From Thermodesulfobacteriota bacterium (GTDB lineage Bacteria > Desulfobacterota > Desulfobulbia > Desulfobulbales > SURF-16), in NCBI GenBank assembly GCA_039715015.1, contig JBDLIE010000031.1, positions 1 to 30,430 on the forward strand: a stretch of 30,430 bases of DNA, read 5' to 3'. Under the pieces are notes generated by a model. The model was not told the DNA's origin, did no database searches, and saw only the letters and a list, made by a program, of their open reading frames with translations. Shown here in pieces: positions 1 to 7,914 of this stretch (positions are counted from its first letter, which is position 1; each line of letters opens with the position of its first letter). A program made the position numbers and the translations under genes.

Positions 1-41
1 GGATGAGGGATGAGGGATGAGGGATGAGGGATGAGGGATGA
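1..41. repeat. Heptamer tandem repeat (GGATGAG)n, about 6 copies, cut by the window edge
   Basis: Five full GGATGAG units plus GGATGA, read directly at 1-41. Confidence 0.95.
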
Positions 42-80
42 AAAAGCGAGCTGGCGCGGCCTGCAATGACAAACTTTTAA

Positions 81-713
81 TTAGATTTTTTCACTGTCCA
101 CGGGCTGCTGGCCGCCGAAAAGGCGGATGAGGAAACCAAAGACCTTCTTGATGCCCTGCCAGATCTTAGGAAGAAGCCAAACCATAAGCAGAATAAAGAG
201 GATAAAGCAGACCAGGAAGATGTACGGATGGCTTAGGGCCAGCCAGATACTGGCCATAACCGCTATATCTTCTGTGAGGGAGGCAAGCCAGTTGGAAAAA
301 GGTTCCGGTGAAGCATTGATCAGCACCCGGCTCCCTGACTTGGTGACATGACTCGTGGTGGCAATGGTGCCGCCGACAATGGCAGCGGCCACGGTGAGAT
401 CAGGATTCACCTCGCCGATGGCTCCGGCAGCCAGCAGGGCGCCAGCCGGGATACGGATAAAGGTATGAATGGCATCCCAGAAGGTATCAAGACCGGGGAT
501 CTTGTCGGCAAAAAATTCCACAGCAAACATGACCCCTGCCGCAGTTAATACCATTGGGTGCTGCAAGATCTGGAGCTCAGCGGGCAGCACCATATTACCG
601 GTTACTGCCAGCACACCCAGGGTCAGCATGGCGGCATAAAGGTTGACACCACTGGCCCAGGCCGCGCCCATGGCCAGGGTAATCGCCTGGATGATCTGGT
701 CGTACTGTTCCAT
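81..713 (-). CDS. DUF4126-family membrane protein
   Basis: Motifs AWASGVNLYA, VEFFADKIPGLDTFWD, NASPEPFSNW..S.TED; several hydrophobic helices. Confidence 0.85.
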   Translation of the reverse strand: MEQYDQIIQAITLAMGAAWASGVNLYAAMLTLGVLAVTGNMVLPAELQILQHPMVLTAAGVMFAVEFFADKIPGLDTFWDAIHTFIRIPAGALLAAGAIGEVNPDLTVAAAIVGGTIATTSHVTKSGSRVLINASPEPFSNWLASLTEDIAVMASIWLALSHPYIFLVCFILFILLMVWLLPKIWQGIKKVFGFLIRLFGGQQPVDSEKI

Positions 714-2486
714 CTATTTGCCGAAAAGGTTGTCCAACAGACCCTTGACCGCCTCACCAGCGGCCTTCTCCTCGGGGCTGGCATCCTCACCAAGGACCTC
801 ATCAATGAGAGTACCTGTGGCCTGCCGCCGCACCTGGCGTCTATCAAAATTTACCCTGGGCGAAGTGGCCATGCCGTCAACAGCCAGGTAGACCTGGATC
901 CGATCGCCCTTCTTCTCCAGGTAACGAGCGGCCTTAAGACGACTGGCCACCCTGGAACTCAGGTGGGGCGATAGGCTTAAAGACACCGGCAAATTAAGGC
1001 TGCCGTCAAGGCCGACGCTGCCATTCATCTCGGCAAAGAAGGAAGAGTTCTTGGTGCTTGAGCGAATCTGCGCCACCCCTTTTTTAATCGAGAAACTGCC
1101 AGCCATGTCCTGCAGGTCAAGGTCATTCAACTCCTGAAGATCAAGGAGGGAGGCCAGGGCCTTCGTGAAATCAGCACCGGTAATTCGAGCACCCGGCATG
1201 GAGAATTCTCCCAGGGCTGAAATATTTTTTTTAATCTGGTCAGGATTGATGCCCCGGCCATCAAAGGTCATGGCGCCACTCAGCGCTCCTAAGGTCTGGG
1301 CCGGTGAATTTGCAAAAAAGGTGTTCTGGAGTTCGCTCAGTTGCAGGCCGTGCATGCCCATTTTACCTTCATAGGTCGGCACCTCCTTCAACTGGACAAC
1401 GGCTTCACCCCGCATTTCGCCTCCCATACTCGTACCCTTGAGATCGCTGACGGTAAAAACACCTTTTTCAAGGGTATAGTTTAGTTGAAAATCAGACATT
1501 TCCATCTGCTGATAAAGCGCCTTGACTATTCGTACCTCACCCTTGGCAGAAAGATCCTTTGGCACAAGCGGACCGCTTTTTTTACCAGGAATTGGTGCAG
1601 GTTTTGGTTTTGCAGGCTGGCTGCTGTCTTTTTCAGAGAGGATAGCGAGGGAGGCGAGGAGCTGGTCAATATTAACCTCAGGGGAGGAGACATTGACCAC
1701 AACTGGCGGCAGATGTGAAGTATCCATGTATTGGGCCACGGAACCGGACAGCTGCAGGGATTGCTTATCAAGGGTGAGATCAACAGTGAAGCCCAGTTTT
1801 TCCTGGTCAAAATCGATCTTGCCCTCCTCATGAACCTCCAAGCCCTTATAGACCGTATCCACCACAAAACGCAGGTTGCCGTTATAGCGCATGTCTGCAA
1901 TGGTTTTGCCCATCTCCAAGCCGATATCGGCATTGGCAATAACGTCGGTGGCCGGGATTTCCTCTAAAGCGTCCAGCACCTGCACTGTGCCATTTTCCAA
2001 CGAGAAGTTTTTCACCACCACATTAAAAGGCAATGCAGCCTGGTCCTTTGTTGACTGGCCAGGCTCCTGCTCAGCGCTGGGGGCCTCCTTCTTGTCCAAA
2101 AGGGCCAAAGAGGCGAAATTAAAGACGCCGCGCCAGTCCCGGGCCACCCGAATCGAGGGATCTACCAGGCGGACATCCCGGAAAACTACCTTTTTCTGGA
2201 GGAGAGGGAGCAATTCATAGCTCAGGACAAACTGGCTGGAGCTGACAAAATTATCCTGGCCGTTTTCCTCTTTTACAACAAAGTCATAAACCTGCAGTCC
2301 GGAAAGGAGAGAAACCTTCACATGGCCGATTTCCACGGTGCGGCCCAGGATCTTTTCTGCCGGAGGAATAATCATCGCCCGTATCCGGCTATCGGTGAAA
2401 TAGGCACGCAGAGCGAAACTGGCACCGACGAGGGCAACAACCAGTAAAGCGCCGAGAATAATTATAAATTTGAAAAATTTTGCCAT
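714..2486 (-). CDS. AsmA family protein
   Basis: N-terminal TM anchor, LGRTVEIG and FNFASL motifs, long beta-rich body; abuts the DUF4126 start. Confidence 0.8.
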   Translation of the reverse strand: MAKFFKFIIILGALLVVALVGASFALRAYFTDSRIRAMIIPPAEKILGRTVEIGHVKVSLLSGLQVYDFVVKEENGQDNFVSSSQFVLSYELLPLLQKKVVFRDVRLVDPSIRVARDWRGVFNFASLALLDKKEAPSAEQEPGQSTKDQAALPFNVVVKNFSLENGTVQVLDALEEIPATDVIANADIGLEMGKTIADMRYNGNLRFVVDTVYKGLEVHEEGKIDFDQEKLGFTVDLTLDKQSLQLSGSVAQYMDTSHLPPVVVNVSSPEVNIDQLLASLAILSEKDSSQPAKPKPAPIPGKKSGPLVPKDLSAKGEVRIVKALYQQMEMSDFQLNYTLEKGVFTVSDLKGTSMGGEMRGEAVVQLKEVPTYEGKMGMHGLQLSELQNTFFANSPAQTLGALSGAMTFDGRGINPDQIKKNISALGEFSMPGARITGADFTKALASLLDLQELNDLDLQDMAGSFSIKKGVAQIRSSTKNSSFFAEMNGSVGLDGSLNLPVSLSLSPHLSSRVASRLKAARYLEKKGDRIQVYLAVDGMATSPRVNFDRRQVRRQATGTLIDEVLGEDASPEEKAAGEAVKGLLDNLFGK

Positions 2487-2560
2487 GACTATTCCTTGTG
2501 ATCTTTAGGTATCTTTCTTTGTTGTTGAAGTCGCCAAGTCCAACAAAGAGGAGATCCCCA

Positions 2561-3328
2561 CTATTGTCCGAAAACCTTCTTCAGCAGTTCTGTTGTCCGG
2601 GCAGCAGGGTCTCTACGAATTTTCCTTTCTTCATCCGCCATCAGGGTAAAAAGGCCATCCAGTGCCTTATCGGTTACATATTGATCAAGATTAGGCAGCC
2701 TCTGCCCCAAAGTCATGGAGACAAGGGGTTGGCTGACAATATCCTGATAGAGGCTGGTGGCCCCGACATTGTTCAGGTTTTCTTGAATGACGGGCTTAAA
2801 ACGCCGGCTTAACTCGGCGCTGGTTGTACCTTTAAAAAAATTGGTGACAGCATGGTCGTCGCCCTTCCATAATTTTTTCACATCAGTAAAGGTCATTTTC
2901 TTTATTGAAGAAAGCAGCACCGGCATGGCCTCTCCGGCCGCCTGGCTGGCTGCCTGATTCATGGTGTAACGAAAGTCGCCAACCTCTTTACTAAGGCCGA
3001 CCTGGCTCAGAAGAGTCGCTGTGTTCTGCAGGGACTCCGGCTCTGGAATCCGAATCTGGGGATTCTTCCAAAAGCCCTCCTTGGCACCGGCAGAACTCAC
3101 CGCTTTTTCAAAGCCAACGGTGAGGGCCTCTTTGAAGCCAGCGGCTATTTCCTCGTTAGAAAGCAGGCTATCCAGGCTGCCTCCGCCACTGGTGCTTTCT
3201 GTAACCACATCACCAATAACACTCCCCACATCATTCCAGAAGCCAGCCCAGGCCGGAGAGGAGTTTAGTGCGAGCATACAAAGGATACAACCGGTTGCCT
3301 TCATTCTTATATGTTTAAAATTTTGCAT
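2561..3328 (-). CDS. DUF4197 domain exported protein (start may be 3304)
   Basis: Signal peptide ending PAWA; GFKEALTVG, MNQAASQAA, LDGLF..MADEERKIRRDPAARTTELLKKVFG. Confidence 0.85.
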   Translation of the reverse strand: MQNFKHIRMKATGCILCMLALNSSPAWAGFWNDVGSVIGDVVTESTSGGGSLDSLLSNEEIAAGFKEALTVGFEKAVSSAGAKEGFWKNPQIRIPEPESLQNTATLLSQVGLSKEVGDFRYTMNQAASQAAGEAMPVLLSSIKKMTFTDVKKLWKGDDHAVTNFFKGTTSAELSRRFKPVIQENLNNVGATSLYQDIVSQPLVSMTLGQRLPNLDQYVTDKALDGLFTLMADEERKIRRDPAARTTELLKKVFGQ

Positions 3329-3474
3329 GCACCACCATAATATGGTGGCGCCCTGCGATGCAAGGGTTTATAGCGTAACGCCGCCCTTTTTCAGGTTTGC
3401 CAGACCACAAAAATATACACTAAGTTAAGCCATATGACGGCAGTAAGCGCCTGCTCTGCCTTTTTCGGTCAAAT

Positions 3475-3660
3475 TGTGCCGCACCTCCTGCCCGACTCTT
3501 CCGAGCCCCCCACTCCGGTCTCACCCTACGTGATATGGAGCGCGAAATGATCAGAAATACCCTTGAGCAAACGCACGGTAACAAAAGTGAAACCGCCCGT
3601 ATTCTCGGCATTGTCCGCCAAACCCTGCAAAATAAGATTAAAGAATACAACCTCAGCTGA
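3475..3660 (+). pseudogene. Orphan C-terminal Fis-type HTH of an NtrC-family sigma54 activator (in-frame ATG at 3535 gives 41 aa)
   Basis: Frame reads GLTLRDMEREMIRNTLEQTHGNKSETARILGIVRQTLQNKIKEYNLS*; linker-like PHLLPDSSEP lies just upstream in another frame; no AAA+ domain present. Confidence 0.8.
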
Positions 3661-3666
3661 GCAGAC

Positions 3667-3727
3667 TGCCTAATTTTTAGACACCCATTGCCACGATATC
3701 TCCCTTCCCATGTCTATTTTCTAGACA
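3667..3727. promoter_or_regulatory. Pair of 17-bp palindromic upstream activator sites for a sigma54 enhancer-binding protein
   Basis: TGCCTA-ATTTT-TAGACA (3667-3683) and TGTCTA-TTTTC-TAGACA (3711-3727); centres 44 bp apart and about 100-150 bp upstream of the -24 box. Confidence 0.75.
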
Positions 3728-3822
3728 CCCCTTCTCCCCGCCCCATCTCCCCCCAGAGAAAAAATAAATTTATACTTAGTGTTTTCAGATAGATAGCCCT
3801 AGACAATGCCTCCTGTATAGTG

Positions 3823-3839
3823 TTGGCACGGTTGATGCT
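3823..3839 (+). promoter_or_regulatory. Sigma54 -24/-12 promoter
   Basis: TTGGCACGGTTGATGCT: GG(3825-6)-N10-GC(3837-8). Confidence 0.85.
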
Positions 3840-3903
3840 TTTTTATTAAGTAGAGGTAAGAATAAACCGACAGATAAACACTTAACACAAGAGGAGGTTC
3901 GTC

Positions 3904-4137
3904 ATGAGAACTACTATGAAATCACTTTCCCTGTTCACGGCCCTTCTTGCCCTTACAGTTTTTGCTTGTGCAGGAACCGTAAATGCTGCAGAGAAGGATA
4001 TGGTAAAAACCAAGCCTGTCATCACTGATAAGTTTGAGATGAAAACCTCAACAATGCCTAACAAATTTTTTCACAATAGGCGGGGATACTATGATCGCTA
4101 CAATGATGTATGGGTTTACAGAGTCAGAGTGAGGTAA
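3904..4137 (+). CDS. Small exported protein of unknown function (77 aa)
   Basis: RBS GAGGAGG at 3891-3897; signal peptide MRTTMKSLSLFTALLALTVFACAGTVNA; lies between a sigma54 promoter and terminator-like hairpins. Confidence 0.7.
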   Translation: MRTTMKSLSLFTALLALTVFACAGTVNAAEKDMVKTKPVITDKFEMKTSTMPNKFFHNRRGYYDRYNDVWVYRVRVR

Positions 4138-4158
4138 CTCTTTGTCCTTGAGGAAGTA

Positions 4159-4262
4159 ATTCATTTAAGGGAGGCCTTGGTTTCTTCTAAATGAATGAGG
4201 GGTCATTACTAGAACAGCACAATGAAATTTGTGTTATCTTCTAGAAATGACCCCATTCTTTT
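4159..4262. terminator. Two tandem hairpins between convergent genes
   Basis: ATTCATTTA...TAAATGAAT (4159-4196) and GGGGTCATT-aCTAGAA...TTCTAG-aAATGACCCC (4199-4254), followed by ATTCTTTTT. Confidence 0.65.
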
Positions 4263-4889
4263 TCATAGGGAGGCCACCGGCATCATTTCCCAACACAATG
4301 TTTCATCTGAAACGAACGACTTTCTCTTATCGTAAATAGCGGCCATGGCATCACCACCAATGGCCGCTTTCAACAGGGCATCATCCTTTTTCATGAGTCC
4401 GGCCACGGTGGCAGTATCCACCACAGGGAAACCCTTTTCGGTGAGATACTCAACAATAGCGCCTTCATCAGCGTTGCGTCCCGATTCTTCCTTAACAAGA
4501 ACCATCATCCGCGGTTTATCCATGGATTCGAGAAGAATCTTTAACGCTGCCAAATCCTGGCGTATCTGCGCTTAAGAGACCGCCGCCCGAATCTTGACGA
4601 AATAGGTCATCCCCTCCTGGCGCTCACTAAGAAGCCGATAACTGCGCACCGCGCCAATGGTCCGGGAGAGGACCAGATCCCTTTTCAGGGCAAAATTTTC
4701 CACCTCGGTCTCGGAGATGAGCAGGCTGCCAATCACCTTCTGCAGGGCCTCTCTCTTAGCAGCGAGCAAGGCGTCATGGCGGGAGACGCCACAGCCCTCA
4801 CTTTCCACCATAGTACCGTCTTGGCCAATGCCAAGACTCGGCAGCAAAGCCGCCAATAACAATAAAGGCAACCACATATTTCTTCCCAT
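4263..4889 (-). pseudogene. FlgT N-terminal/LPP20-like exported protein with an in-frame TAA and apparent 3' truncation
   Basis: ORFs 4572-4889 and 4263-4553 share a frame: ...VKIRAAVS*AQIRQDLAALKILLESMDKPRMMVL; protein-like sequence appears to end after GGDAMAA (about 4337). Confidence 0.7.
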
Positions 4890-5042
4890 GGTCCCACCTC
4901 AGAAGGGGGTCAATCGTCTACGAAAACATATAGCACCCAGAAAAATGGCCAAATGAACAAAAGGGGCTCCGCACCTAAAGAATAGGTGGCTTGAAAAAGC
5001 CTGAGAGAGGGAAAAAACAATGGCGTGGCGCAGAAGTGGAGG

Positions 5043-5792
5043 CTACTGCTTTGAAAGAATGATATCGCCATACCAGGCCGTAGCCTCTTCGCCGGTATCA
5101 TCTGTATCGGTCATAATGGCAATACCGGAGATGGCTGGCGGCTCCTCGCCAAAGGCGCGCTGGTAATCTTCAACAATATTGCGCGAGGCGCTGCGCCAGG
5201 AACCAACATACTCCGCACCGCTTTCCACGGCAATCATCTGAAGCCGATCGGTGTAAGGGTTGGCAATCACACTATCCAAAGGCAGCCTATTGGCCCAAAT
5301 ATAGGCCAGGGCATTAATGGGCGGATACTCGCCATAGAAAAGTTTGACCGTGTTAAACTTGACGCCTTCCCAGAAACCGACCTTATCATCATCATAGGCA
5401 AAGGTGATATAGAGACGGGCCGGATAGTCATCGCCGCTTTTTTTACTGGCATCCCCGGCGCTAAGGACCCGGTCCACCTTCCAGCTCCAAGAGATTACCG
5501 GCCATTGGCTCGGCTCAATCTCCTCCTTATGAACAAGACCTGACGAGCTATCCTTGCTGTCGGCCCGGATGACGCCTCGGCCATTTTCGACCACATGCTG
5601 GTAGCTGGTATGCCTATCTATTCTATCAAAAAAAAGGGGTTCCCAGCTTTCTGGAAGCTGGTCTTCGAAAGGGAGGTCAGAGAAATGACCAATGATGCGC
5701 TGAGTCAGCTCGGCACGGGCAAGCGAGAGCAAGAGGACAAGGGCAGACATTGCCACTAACCCCATGGGCCATTTCCGCATATCAGCCATCAC
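5043..5792 (-). CDS. DUF3047 domain exported protein
   Basis: SWSWKV, KSGDDYPARLYITF, YIWAN, RNIVEDYQRAFGEEPP, AIMTDTDDTG. Confidence 0.9.
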   Translation of the reverse strand: MMADMRKWPMGLVAMSALVLLLSLARAELTQRIIGHFSDLPFEDQLPESWEPLFFDRIDRHTSYQHVVENGRGVIRADSKDSSSGLVHKEEIEPSQWPVISWSWKVDRVLSAGDASKKSGDDYPARLYITFAYDDDKVGFWEGVKFNTVKLFYGEYPPINALAYIWANRLPLDSVIANPYTDRLQMIAVESGAEYVGSWRSASRNIVEDYQRAFGEEPPAISGIAIMTDTDDTGEEATAWYGDIILSKQ

Positions 5793-5905
5793 CTTACTAA
5801 CCTAATCAAGGACATACAGCCTGTTTTTACTGTGCTGCCATGAGCGTTGCAGCCTATGACCACAAAAATTAGGGCCAACAAAATAAGAGGGGTTACAAAT
5901 CTCAT
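5789..5905 (-). CDS. 38-aa ORF with lipoprotein-type signal peptide (small lipoprotein or gene remnant)
   Basis: GGAGAGAG RBS; MRFVTPLILLALIFVVIGC-NAHGSTVKTGCMSLIRLVR*; TGA overlaps the ATG of the DUF3047 gene (TGATG). Confidence 0.5.
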   Translation of the reverse strand: MRFVTPLILLALIFVVIGCNAHGSTVKTGCMSLIRLVR

Positions 5906-6035
5906 TTTCTCTCTCCAAATGGTGTTTTTCAATTATCCGGCACCACCCTGGCCCCGGAACCAGCCACTCTATAAATCGAAAAACCCGAAGAGAAAAATAG
6001 ATAATTTCTATAATTAGATCCCTTCCTATTGCTTC

Positions 6036-6563
6036 TTACAAGAGCCCCTTTACATCCTCGGAAAACTGCTCAAGAGTGCGAGGGCCATAATAGCGTTTGA
6101 CGATCTTGCCTTTTCTGTCCACCAGAAAGGAGACAGGCAGGCCGATGCCAGCCCCAAAGTCCCGGGTCACTGCCGAGGAGCTCATCACCATGGGGTAGAC
6201 ATGACCATTTTTCTCGACAAATTTCCTGACACTGCTCTTTGACTGGTCCGTTGAAATGCCAATCACGGAAAAGCCCTTTTCAACGAAGGTCTCATGAAGA
6301 CGCATGAGATCAGGATACTCCTCCACACAGGGGCCGCACCAGGTGGCCCAGAAATTAATAAGCAGGACCTTGCCCTGTAAATCATTACTCTTCAGGTCCG
6401 GGCCTGCCACGGCAGAAGAAAGGACAAATTGGGGCATCATGCCGTTATCAACCTTTTTCTTGCTGCTGCCAAACCAGCTCCAGGCCTCACCGGCCTGCAT
6501 AAAAACAACAACAAGGGCAATCAACCAGACACTCCAGCTTTTTGCAAAAACTTCTTTTCTCAC
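6036..6563 (-). CDS. TlpA/ResA-family thiol-disulfide oxidoreductase
   Basis: NFWATWCGPC, GLPVSFLVDRKGKI; start moved to the GTG after RBS GGAGGAG (6563 or 6566). Confidence 0.9.
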   Translation of the reverse strand: MRKEVFAKSWSVWLIALVVVFMQAGEAWSWFGSSKKKVDNGMMPQFVLSSAVAGPDLKSNDLQGKVLLINFWATWCGPCVEEYPDLMRLHETFVEKGFSVIGISTDQSKSSVRKFVEKNGHVYPMVMSSSAVTRDFGAGIGLPVSFLVDRKGKIVKRYYGPRTLEQFSEDVKGLL

Positions 6564-6589
6564 CACGGAACTCCTCCACCAAAAGGGGG

Positions 6590-6645
6590 CAAAAATAACA
6601 AAAACGCTGACAATGGCCATGAGGCCTCCAAAGACCACTGTCAGC
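6590..6645 (-). terminator. Intrinsic terminator downstream of the cytochrome c gene
   Basis: Minus strand GCTGACAGTGGTC...GGCCATTGTCAGC followed by GTTTTTGTTATTTTT. Confidence 0.65.
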
Positions 6646-6685
6646 AAGAACTTTCTCTAATGAGACTCTACTTTTTCCTTTATTT

Positions 6686-6712
6686 CATTTTCTCCAACCT
6701 GGAGAAAAAATG
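6686..6712 (-). other. Candidate bacterial SECIS hairpin directly after the cytochrome c UGA
   Basis: UGA-UGA-G-CAUUUUUUCUCC-AGGUU-GGAGAAAAUG; loop starts 16 nt after the first UGA; no U-tract follows. Confidence 0.5.
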
Positions 6713-6716
6713 CTCA

Positions 6717-7112
6717 TCAACCGCAGTCGTTGGCGTCATTGGGGTCGTAGGTGTTGGCGCCAAACCTGTAGAGGTAATCATTGAGCTTCAAGGTCTCTTC
6801 TAAAGTCAAAGAATCCCACTCGCCATCCTTGGCGCATTGGGGATATTTCTGGAAAAAAACTCGATTCCAACCCTTAGGTGATTTTGATTCCATGTAGAGA
6901 AAGGGAGCCCCCTTATCATTGTCTCGGTTATGACACGACTTACACTTGGAGCGCCATATCTGTCCTCCAGTTCCCCACCAACCCGAATCAAAATCAAAAA
7001 CCCTGCAGGTCTTTGTCCCTTCATCCCAGCGTTTTGAAGGACTGGCCCAGGCCCCTGCCGCGAATGCCAGGCCCACCAATACCATCAAACAGGTTACCAT
7101 ACTTTTTTTCAT
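6717..7112 (-). CDS. Exported monoheme c-type cytochrome (extends to 6714 if the first UGA encodes Sec)
   Basis: RBS AAGGAGG, signal peptide ending AWA, single CKSCH, three further Cys in the mature chain, ends YDPNDANDCG-TGA-TGA. Confidence 0.85.
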   Translation of the reverse strand: MKKSMVTCLMVLVGLAFAAGAWASPSKRWDEGTKTCRVFDFDSGWWGTGGQIWRSKCKSCHNRDNDKGAPFLYMESKSPKGWNRVFFQKYPQCAKDGEWDSLTLEETLKLNDYLYRFGANTYDPNDANDCG

Positions 7113-7167
7113 GCTTGCCTCCTTGCTAAGCAGCACTCAAGTTTCTTCCCCTTATCACTCAAAAATT

Positions 7168-7749
7168 TCATGCCTTTGCAGCAACCCCGCGCCATATGCA
7201 CTCCCATGCCTCCTCAAAAAAATCTAGGAGAGGTGCATCCAGTAGGCCGTCGACCTTGAGAAGCATCAGGCGCATAGGGCTACCAAAAATCGTCGTTACC
7301 AGGACCACAGGGTCCATCTGCCGTACCTCACCTCGGTCCATGGCCCGACGGCCGGCATCAATCAATAACTCGAAAGGCTTGGCGGTACAGATCGGTTTTT
7401 TGCTGGTCAAAAACTCTCGGTGGCGGGCATAGAGCAAAAAATGAAGGGCATGTGGCTTTTCCTCAGCCATTGAAAAAAAATGCTTGATCAGATCCTGACA
7501 GGCCGCCGCGAACGTTCCCCTGGTGATGAGATAATGACTTGTTCTTTCGCTCATTTGTTCCAGAAGGGAGTCATAGAGTGCGGTGGCGATCTCTTCCTTA
7601 TTCTTAAAATAATGATAGATAGCACCGATACTCACCCCGGACTCTTTGCGGATACCCTGCATGGAGGTCGCAAAATATCCGCTGGAGGAAAAAAGCCGAA
7701 GGGCAGCCTCCAAGATATCCTGCTGTGGTCCAGACTGATTTATTTTCAT
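7168..7749 (-). CDS. TetR/AcrR family transcriptional regulator
   Basis: ILEAALRLFSSSGYFATSMQGIRKESGVSIGAIYHYFKNKEEI HTH. Confidence 0.95.
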   Translation of the reverse strand: MKINQSGPQQDILEAALRLFSSSGYFATSMQGIRKESGVSIGAIYHYFKNKEEIATALYDSLLEQMSERTSHYLITRGTFAAACQDLIKHFFSMAEEKPHALHFLLYARHREFLTSKKPICTAKPFELLIDAGRRAMDRGEVRQMDPVVLVTTIFGSPMRLMLLKVDGLLDAPLLDFFEEAWECIWRGVAAKA

Positions 7750-7772
7750 TTTTTTTTCACATCTTCAAGACC

Positions 7773-7792
7773 TAGAACGAACGTTCGTTCTA
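7773..7792. promoter_or_regulatory. Perfect 20-bp palindrome, probable TetR operator
   Basis: TAGAACGAACGTTCGTTCTA, 23 bp upstream of the tetR ATG in a divergent intergenic region. Confidence 0.8.
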
Positions 7793-7914
7793 CAGTAGCG
7801 AATATAAAATTAAAAGAATACTTCTTTTTTGTGCACCTCTGTTTTTCAAAAAAACACCCTGCAAAAAAACATTTCGAGTATAGTGGGGCATTCACAACAT
7901 CTGGAGATTATCAT

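Noticed and set aside
7480..7914. N-terminal extension of the 609-aa ORF
   Set aside because: Overlaps tetR and its operator; RBS and signal anchor point to ATG 7915.
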